From Lytechinus pictus (Eukaryota), in assembly GCF_037042905.1 (NCBI RefSeq), contig NC_087251.1, positions 18,478,001 to 18,542,000 of the forward strand: 64,000 bases of DNA, given 5' to 3'. This document shows positions 55,871-64,000 of the stretch, in pieces. Positions within the stretch are counted from its first letter, which is position 1, and each line of letters starts with the position of its first letter. The translations under genes were made by a program, and so were the position numbers. The notes below the pieces were generated by a model. The model did not search any database and had not been told where the DNA came from. It saw only the letters and a program-made list of their open reading frames with translations.

Positions 55871-56911
55871 CTACCACCTTCGTACTATATACCAATGAAC
55901 ATCAAAACATCGTCATTTCGTTTGCAAAACGTTTTGTTTTTCTCTTCAATAAAGTGTGATGAGATTCATTTCTTGTGATTTTTTTTTACTCGAGTGTTTA
56001 TTTTCACATTTTTAATGTGCAATCGATTGAATAACAGTTCCATTCCTACATAGAGATTTGTCTTATTCCCAAAGCATTTTTGCAATGACAAGTAATATGA
56101 TTACTGTTGATTATAGGTCTTTAAAGGAAACATTGATGTATACTGTTAAAATGCAAAGCTTGATCACATCTCAAGGATTTTTTTTTTCATCGCAAAATGA
56201 ATTTTTAGAAGACATAACATCATCATGATAAACTTGGAATGTTTTATTGTTATAATGAATTGAAATCGATGTTATTGTAATGTTCTATTTCTAAAACACG
56301 TTTGACATCTTTTTGATCAATTTGTCATATTTTCTTCCTTTAATTTAATTTATTCTTGCTTGTTGGGGAGTACATTTTGTACGCCAATCAATCAAGAGAT
56401 TCGTGACCAAGCCGTAAAACTAATCATTTAAGTCAATTGATATTTACTGGATTAAGCTCTATTAGTATAGCGATCTACTATTCTAAGATTAAAGTTCGTA
56501 TTTTAGAATTTTATGATGTGTTTTATTCCTTGTAATTAAATTTTATTCGTTTGATATGTCATTTTTAAACTATACAAAGTAAAAGGGTTATAGTGTAAAA
56601 ATATGGAAACATGTTTGTTTGTAGTTTAAGAGGTTAACCTTGAAACCTTCTATTTCTCTTTTAAGTGTCAAGTCTTAAAATTGCCCCCCCCCCAAAAAAA
56701 AAAAAATAATAATAAAATAAAATAAATAAATAAACTTGCACATGAAACAAAACTTTTAAAATTGAAAAATGTTCGTTATATTTGCATTTAGGAATTATCC
56801 ATTTGAAAGAATCAAACATTCTTTTCAAAATATGTCATGAAAGAGAATATCATTATATTTCTTATAACAAATCTTTTATTATGCAACAACAACGAAATTA
56901 ATTACACTTGT

Positions 56912-57128
56912 GGGGCGTTGCAAGAGACTTGAAATCAATTGCAAGTCTATTTTAGTTCCCGAAATCAAGCATATATCGTGCAATTAATTGTAAATTTGTG
57001 ATTGATTGCTAATCTGCTACATGAAACAAGGAGTGTAATCTGATTTGCTAAAGTTAAAATGATCAATCAACTGTAAAATCGTAACAGAATATTTGCGATT
57101 GATTGCAAATATTTTCTTGCAACACCCC
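56912..57128. mobile_element. MITE with GGGG termini (possibly PIF/Harbinger-like)
   Basis: GGGGCGTTGCAAGA ... TCTTGCAACACCCC, with internal ATCAATTGCAA / TTGCGATTGAT repeats. Confidence 0.7.
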
Positions 57129-58205
57129 ATTGGTGTGATAAAGATAAGACCGAAGCGCCAAAATTTTTGTTGTCCAATTAGAACTTAGGGACGCTTTATG
57201 CGCTCGCATGGTGAGCCGTTATTTATTTGTTTATTTTATTGATTTCAATGTCTGATATCACAAATTTTGATGTTTGATATGAAGTATTCATTTCTTTTTA
57301 CGAAATGGAACAATAGAATACTTTTGATCCGCCCGTGATTGTATAATTCTCACTAAATTTGCTCATATGAATATTATCAGTTTACATTCTCTATATTTCA
57401 AATGGCTAACCTTTAATGGTGCTCTACTTTGATTTAAGTGTCAATCGGTAATGCACATGCAATAACCGGATACTTTTCTCCCTTTTTATTAGTTTTCCGT
57501 TTTCTGTATACGAATTGCACTGTATAAGCCATGGTGTTAAAATGAAATAATTTGGATTTAGGGCCATGCCGCCATGTTATTTTACACCCAAGTTTCTGAA
57601 CATAACAATAAGGGTCCCAAGAGTGCTAAAACACTAATGTGTTAAATTGATACAATGAATTCAGCACTGATGTAAAATAATTGGATGGTCCTAACCATAC
57701 ACCGATGGTGTAGTGAAAACACCATGGTTTTGTAAATGCACGTTGTTCCATTGACACACGGAGGAAGAAGAGAGATAGAGTCACTCAGAGTAAACGTTGA
57801 CTATAAAATTTCAATTTCATTTTATTTGTCTGGCAAGTATATATTATGAAGATTATTATAGTTCAGATTTTCTCAAGATAATAATATATAAACTTCGTAC
57901 TTGGTAGAAAATCAATAGTCATTATAAAAATAATTAGAAGGTGCAATTTCATTTATAATGATAAAATTATTAGATTTCACATCTAGTTACTTTGATGCCA
58001 CATTGTAGATATATACTGTAGCTACGAGGTTGTATACGAATATACCTGGCTTTTAATAAATATAGCGGGAATTATTTGTCCGAGGTTGGACTGGCATTAC
58101 TATTTTTCCCCGAGCATTTTTTACCAGTACAACCGAGGATGAATAATTCCCTCTGTACTTTCGAAATAAAGGCCTTGTATATTTGTTTTATATCCTAAAT
58201 CTTAA

Positions 58206-59140
58206 GGACGTTCCACAGTTATGTTTGTGCGCATTATGATCTGCGCATAGTTTACACTCTGCGCGCTGACGTCACAATGGATGAACAGGTGATTAATTAG
58301 CTGCGGGTATGAGCTAATTTTTCTCATCTTCCGCACTTTAACTGCAGATCCGATGTGTTATTTCATGAAGCTAAAAAATTGAATTATTCCATGGACCATT
58401 CAAAATAAATTATCTACAATTTCAAAATAGTTTACTCTGCAGTGCTGCCAAGAATCACGAATATTACCCCGAGTTTGAATAAATGGTAGAGTGGTTTTGT
58501 TTATTTCTTCACATAGATACAAAGCATTGGGTGCATTTTTGGTGTTTCAAAAAGCACATTTGCTCTAATAAAAATGCTGATAGTTTAAAAACAAGCACAT
58601 GAACCCCTATTTTTTAATGTTTGTACCTCTTAGGTATACCTTCCTTTGCAACTCTGCAAATTTTGGTGAAAATGACATGGATTTTGAATAAAGTGCAGCA
58701 TTTATTGTACGTTTGTAGTTTGTTACTGAAATTTCACATTTTTTAGATTGGGATTTTGTTATCTTTTACGTCATTTTGAAGAACTGACAGTGCTGTTAAA
58801 CTTAAAATTGCAAACAAATAGCACTATGAATAAATTCTCCATTCTAACGATACAATTATTAACTCTCTTGCGAAATTTGATGACTTTTTCACGTATTTTG
58901 ACTGAGTAATAGAGAATTAAACTCATTGTAGTAATCTTGGACGGTCTAAAAATGCCAAATTCTTTTGAATGCGCAATTCTTAAGAACATCAATTTGGGTG
59001 AACTTTGAAGCTCTATAGCAAAAAATCAAGCACATGGACCTATGTTAATTTTTGCATATTTCGAGTATTAAGATTCTAAAGTATCTATGTGCAAAGTTTG
59101 GTGAAAATGACATGGATTTCACTTTAACTGTGGAACGTCC
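58206..59140. mobile_element. Kolobok-like non-autonomous element, 16-bp perfect TIRs, TTAA TSD
   Basis: TTAA-GGACGTTCCACAGTTA ... TAACTGTGGAACGTCC-TTAA. Internal direct repeat ~58575-58685 versus ~59010-59118. Confidence 0.9.
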
Positions 59141-59995
59141 TTAAAAGCTAGAACAACAGATCTTGATAAATCTCGACCAAAATATTGATAACGCGCTGCG
59201 CTGACTGACCTACTTTTCCTAAAGCCACGCGATCAGCGGAACGCGGATTTGTGCCTGCACCGTCCCTTCACGGGACTTGCCCGGTAGAGTCACATTTCTG
59301 ACCGGTGCGCCCGAAAAATGCATGATCTGTTTCATCGACGTCAGGAATAGTACCTTTTCTTCAGTGAGAATATGTTTGGTCACATGATGCCATTTAAACC
59401 AATCAGCATACAGGATATGATTCATGTAGGATATATAATTTTTTTTTCTTTTTATGTATCCTACCTCGCAATTCACGTTCGTGTTCATCTTCCACTGATG
59501 CAGTAAACTGCGTTTTTTTCTTCATTTTTCACTCCATTTCTTATGGATCTTATTTTGATTCCTTCGATAAGATTGTTTCCTTTTCTTCCTGCTACAACCA
59601 TGACAACAGTCGTGTAAATAGTGAATATATCTGTATATGGCATTGTATATCAGCAAGAGAATCTTTTGTATATTATTGTATTTAAACACTGTGTGAATAC
59701 AAATTATGTTTGTTTGAGGAAATATATATGAAAATAATTAGATTGTATGTTTATTATGAATTTAGTCGCATTCGTCTCTTTCTTAAGTGTATGTTGTATT
59801 GCATTCTACATACTTAAAATGTTGTCCTATATGTGAATAGTGCGTGAAAAAGGCTATAACACAATGTGGTGTCTTGGTTGCGATATATTATGTTCCAAAA
59901 TAAACGTCATCATTATCTCGAGCATGCGCATTCTAAAGCGCATTGCACTATATATACACTTAGTTTTTGTTAAAGTGTCATGCACTGTTTGCTAT

Positions 59996-60288
59996 CTAAA
60001 TTGGCCTATTGCTTAATTTACAACAGCTTTTTATTTTGGAATCTGCCTCCCGTTTCTTACAGCCACGTCGGATATTGAATCCTTTGAATGTTGGGCTAAA
60101 CGGCACATAGTAGGTCCAGGACCAGCTGCGAAGACGGGCCATACCAAATGGCATATCATAACACTTATTCACAATACGTGCTACTTCCTTTTGAATCTTT
60201 TGCTCGGTTTTTTCATCATATTCTCCTGCATACTTGTCATCATCGTACAGTTTCCAGTATTTATCCATTCCTCGCTCTTCCATTGTTC
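59996..60288 (-). CDS. SLC23A: SLC23 terminal coding exon
   Basis: TAG acceptor. Reads (G)TMEERGMDKYW...CYDMPFGMARLRSWSWTYYVPFSPTFKGF...NRPI-TAG, with the conserved SLC23 C-terminal motifs. Confidence 0.9.
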
Positions 60289-60839
60289 CTATAAAAGTGG
60301 GAGTTTAAAACTAAGACTAAGGTATGGTTTGTCAAATTGAGTGATATTTTTCCTTTGCAACATGATGATAAGAATAACCATAATAGAGAAAGATAAATAC
60401 TTAATCTGCGAAATGTCGACGTCAAAGCTGTCTCTCCTAGTAAAAAAAAAAATTCCCCCTCAAAAATTTTTTTGGAAAGATTCCAGAGTATTTTTATTTG
60501 TAAATATTTCAAAAGGTTGGAAATGACTACACATAAAAATTCGAATTTCGATAGCATTCAATTTATTTACCGTTTCCTTAAAACCCCTAACTTAGTTTAC
60601 AGATTTTTCCACGTGCATTTTCCTGAATGACAAATTTGATATTTTAACTAGATTGGTGACTTTGAGTAAGTTAACAAGAAATCCCTTTTATAAATTTGTA
60701 ATTCCACTAAAATTCACATTTAAAATAATAACGTAATCCGCGTATTCCATCATTTGGTTTACATTTCAATCCCCTTATATTTTTATAAAGATGTTCTTGA
60801 AATTTGGTAGATGAGAACTTATGATCATAGATGGCTTAC

Positions 60840-60935
60840 CTGGTACTGTGTTATCCAGAAAGCAAGCCACCATACCACCAACAAACATACTCGTTGATAG
60901 GGTCGCAAGAAGAACTTGATCTAATGTGTCTGATC
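60840..60935 (-). CDS. SLC23A: SLC23 penultimate exon
   Basis: 96 nt, phase 1-1, CAG acceptor and GTAAGC donor. Reads (G)SDTLDQVLLATLSTSMFVGGMVACFLDNTVP(G). Confidence 0.9.
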
Positions 60936-61640
60936 CTGTTTTAAAAGATGATTTTTTTTTCAATTGGCAGATTTAATCCTGTGGATTGAAGACTGGTGTA
61001 ATGTTTCTTATTTGGTTTTAGTTCAATTATACTTAAAAGTGTATACCACTGAAAACCTGCAGGGGTTTGCATGGTTTAGAGAGGTAGGAGACGGGAGGCT
61101 AATGATCCCGATGACCCTTGTATGTATACATGGATGTATGAATAATTTCCCAAAGCTGTGTGGTGATGCATCGCATGTACCCCTGACACCTTGTAGACAA
61201 GAGTCAATTGCGGATATAATAATGTGTCTGGATGAGTTAATATAGACCTACACTGAGCATATTATAATTGTGTGTTTTAACCCACTAACCGGGGACACCA
61301 GACAAGTGGGGACGTACCCTGCCCAGATGACCATGCCGATAAATTCCTCACCATGCATAGTCTTTTAAAAAGATCCCATGGCGTCAATTAAAGTGTATTT
61401 CCTTATAGGATGCTCACTTCTCTTTTTGTTCGTTAATTAACCCGGTTCGTGAAAAATTAAAATTTTTAGTCTACAAAACTCGAGCTTGATAACATCGCAC
61501 AAACACACCCCATCTTTGGCAGCAATGAGTCCAAACGACGCTATCTAAACATGAGTGGGTGTGTGTGTGTGTGTGTGGGCGTGAGAATGTGTGGTGTGTG
61601 TGTGTGTGTGTCAGTGTGTATGCAATAAAATTATTCATGC

Positions 61641-61788
61641 CTGTTTTGATAAGGTTCGGATTCCTTTGCATATGCTGTGGAAGAGCAAGTCCTAGGAAAA
61701 AGGAGAGGCCAACAACGAACAAAATAATTTCGGGGCGAGTTCATGTCGACGTATTGTAAATTTGACATGCCGACAGTAGCAATCATGC
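61641..61788 (-). pseudogene. SLC23A: SLC23 exon with 4-nt insertion and GC donor
   Basis: Reads (G)MIATVGMSNLQYVDMNSPRN-[TATT]-LFVVGLSFFLGLALPQHMQRNPNLIKT(G). Length 148 nt = 144+4. The donor reads AG|GCATGA. Confidence 0.85.
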
Positions 61789-61869
61789 CTAAAGATGGAC
61801 AGAACGAAAAATTTTGTATGATTACTGATTATATTATGGTGGTGATGGTTGTGATTTTTTTACCTGATT

Positions 61870-62045
61870 ACTAAGAAAGCATGAATGCTTGTAATCAAGC
61901 AGCCAGAGGACCGACGGCTCAAGGTCCTCTCCGAGGGACTTGGTAATGAGGATAAATGCCTTACCAAATGGAACTAGCGCACCAAGTGGGAAACGAACCC
62001 GGAATCCGAAACCATGGAACTCAGTTGAGACCGTGTCCCTGTGGC
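61870..62045 (-). mobile_element. Degraded tRNA-derived SINE fragment in an SLC23 intron
   Basis: On -: B-box-like GGGTTCGTTTCCC followed by a core 'GGTAAGGCATTTATCCTCATTACCAAGTCCC'. Confidence 0.5.
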
Positions 62046-62133
62046 ATTATCTTTACGATACTGCAACAAGATGGAGGTTCTTATATTGAGGTAAAAGTTA
62101 GGAGAAGAAGAAAGTCCATCCCAACTTGCCAAG

Positions 62134-62193
62134 CAGTGGCGTACCTAGGATTTTCCACAGGGGGGGCAAAACCGTCCGCCAAAAAATGTGACA

Positions 62194-62244
<51 letters not shown>

Positions 62245-62296
62245 TCTTCGATCACAAATAAAGGGCAGAGTGCCCCCCCCCGTAGGTACGCTAGTG
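62134..62296. mobile_element. 163-bp hAT-like MITE in an SLC23 intron
   Basis: CAGTGGCGTACCTA ... TAGGTACGCTAGTG. Perfect 8-bp TSD TTGCCAAG (62126-62133, 62297-62304). Long internal poly-A. Confidence 0.9.
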
Positions 62297-62469
62297 TTGC
62301 CAAGGTTAATAGCCATAAAACGACTGGAAAATATGAATAGCTATCTCGATACTCCAGAGTTTAATGGTTAAAGATACAGAAATGTCGTTTTATTTGACAA
62401 TAGTTCTGAAAATATGTCTATAATTGTTATTATCTATTTACTTTTCTATTCTTGATTTCGAGTACAAAC

Positions 62470-62601
62470 CAATTGTGACTGAGAATATTCCACCAACGAC
62501 TGGTAAAGGAATAGCAGCAAAGAAGGCGCTGGTTTTTATAAGGAAAGCGCCTCCTATAGGACTGTCACTGCCATCACTTGTATAACAAGTCGACTTCCAA
62601 C
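62470..62601 (-). pseudogene. SLC23A: SLC23 exon with 2-nt (TA) insertion and resulting stop
   Basis: Reads VGSRLVIQVMAVTVL then TAG (62554-62556). Removing 2 nt restores GGAFLIKTSAFFAAIPLPVVGGIFSVTI(G). Length 132 nt versus 130 expected for this phase 0-to-1 exon. Confidence 0.85.
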
Positions 62602-62914
62602 CTTGTATAGAATATATTACAAAATATAAACATATCTTTATTAAGTATTTTTCACTTTCATCGATTCACAAAGGCTTGTGATCAGTGGTCTTGGAACTTT
62701 GGAAGAGAAACTCAAGGGAAGCTATTTTCCAGACGTGGTTGAAAATTTAGTAGAAAAAAAAAATAATCCCGGCCAAGACGATTTTTTTGTGTGTGCAGGC
62801 GTTTTATATGGGCACATGACACTGATGATGCTTCTTTATCATAACATCCTGAGGATGTAAGGTATGGAAATTATCCAAGATACGAGCAAGGGACAAAAAT
62901 GGCAAAGTGCATAC

Positions 62915-63168
62915 CTTTGTTATTCCGATGTAGCCAACGTTATCACTATAAGATGTAGAACTCGTACCGGTTCCCCATAGTGCCGAGAAGAATCCGCCGA
63001 GTCCTTCCATACCGATTCCCCGGTTCAGCGCATGACCGGGTGGGGGTGGAGCTCCAGCTAGCCTTGCGCATGCGTAGTAGTCTCCGATGGATTCGATGAT
63101 GGAGGCAAACGTACCAGCAGTTACTCCCAGGATTCCACCGATTGTAAAGATAGGAGCACCCCATTGGC
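62915..63168 (-). CDS. SLC23A: SLC23 exon (internally intact; substrate-binding region and NAT motif)
   Basis: 254 nt, AAG acceptor, GTATGC donor. Reads [84 protein letters not shown]. Confidence 0.9.
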
Positions 63169-63559
63169 CTTTTTGTAACAAAATATCATTCGATATTAAA
63201 AAAAAAAGAAATTCTAGCAATAGTCCCTACGCAATTTCATCCACCGGTCACTCTACAATATGCCATAACCTACGACAAGTTCGTAAAATTTAGGACAAAT
63301 TCTTATTAGTGAAATTCAATAAGATGATCACTTTTTTTATTACTTCCGACCCCCAATATATTTTTATTCATCGAACTGCTTAAAGTAAGCCATGATATAT
63401 TTAGGAAGCTATACATTTTCGTAAAAGAAGGCAGAGACAATCACACTCATCGCAAGAACATTAAGGGGACCACCAAATACCGTGATTAAGATAAATAGCA
63501 TTTTCATAATAGTTAATAATACACAAAATATAATGATTTCGAACATTACTTTTCTGTAC

Positions 63560-63715
63560 CTGGAGAAGGCAAGAAAAACCAACCGGTTTCCTTCAGGGAT
63601 TCGTCTTTGATATCTGTCCTGGCTCGGTATCAGGTGCTTCCGGGTCACTAGGGAATACTTCCGTGATGGTTAGAATGTAACAAAGGAGCCAGCCTAGCAG
63701 AGTCGCCTGAAAAAT
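63560..63715 (-). pseudogene. SLC23A: SLC23 exon with 1-nt deletion
   Basis: CAG acceptor, GTACAG donor. Reads IFQATLLGWLLCYILTITEVFPSDPEAP-[GA]-YRARTDIKDESLKETGWFFLPSP. It is 156 nt where a phase 0-to-1 exon needs 157; the frame breaks at about 63630. Confidence 0.85.
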
Positions 63716-64000
63716 CTGTAAATGGACCCCCGAATTCAGACACATCATGAAATAAAAATGTTTTAGTTATCGATACTTGTTTCCATGGTAGCTTTGTATT
63801 CTACTATTAGTACTTTGACTATAAACTGCTATTTTCCCACACAAGGACGATAATACAGGGGGACAGGGGACGACAGGTCCCATTGTTTTAAAAAGCCCCC
63901 CCCAAAAAAAAAAAAAAAAAAAATAGGGGGAAAAGGAAGGAAAGATGGAGAGAAGTGCAGAAAGGAGGAATTTGAGTAGCTTTTTTAAAAATGACAGTTT

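Larger units (their letters stand above)
59996..63715 (-). pseudogene. SLC23A: SLC23/NAT (nucleobase-ascorbate transporter) family gene, 3' six coding exons, frameshifted; probable unprocessed pseudogene
   Basis: Exons on -: 63560-63715, 62915-63168, 62470-62601, 61641-61788, 60840-60935, 59996-60288. Motifs [34 protein letters not shown] signature xNxGxxxxTK-VGSR, LQYVDMNSPRN, LDNTVPGTMEERG and YDMPFG..YVPFSPTF are present. Three exons carry frame-breaking indels. Confidence 0.88.

Noticed and set aside
61723..62558. +2 and +4 insertions as compensating frameshifts
   Set aside because: TAG and TAA stops occur in the shifted frame, and an upstream -1 lesion remains.
62946..63164. ORF starting MGCS, like the globin acylation signal
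   Set aside because: Alternative frame of an SLC23 exon; coincidental.
52913..63715. Functional coupling of an ascorbate transporter with the globin (ascorbate as heme reductant)
   Set aside because: The genes are merely convergent neighbours. The transporter is disrupted and lacks the Pro signature of SVCTs.

Overview
AT-rich eukaryotic genomic DNA. The repeat landscape suggests an invertebrate deuterostome, most likely a sea urchin (inference). Two genes can be reconstructed by hand. (1) On the + strand is a complete three-exon globin gene (CDS 16236-16426, 39527-39746, 52913-53047; 181 aa). It has the ancestral B12.2 and G7.0 introns (23.1 kb and 13.2 kb), an N-terminal MGCSSS acylation signal typical of globin X / globin X-like proteins, and Gln rather than His at the distal E7 position. 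The ORF track shows only exon 1. (2) On the - strand, converging on the globin, are the last six coding exons of an SLC23/NAT (nucleobase-ascorbate transporter) gene (59996-63715; 5' part outside the window). It carries three frameshifts, a resulting stop codon and a GC splice donor, so it is probably a recent unprocessed pseudogene. The rest is non-coding and rich in non-autonomous DNA transposons: hAT-like elements with 8-bp TSDs, TTAA Kolobok-like MITEs and a TA/CACT MITE. There is also a tRNA-derived SINE, L2/CR1 3' fragments and microsatellites. One transposon family carries ~115-bp-period arrays of a GCGAAGC (GNA-triloop) mini-hairpin motif. Nearly all other ORFs in the track are spurious. 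No prokaryotic-type system (CRISPR, operon) is present.
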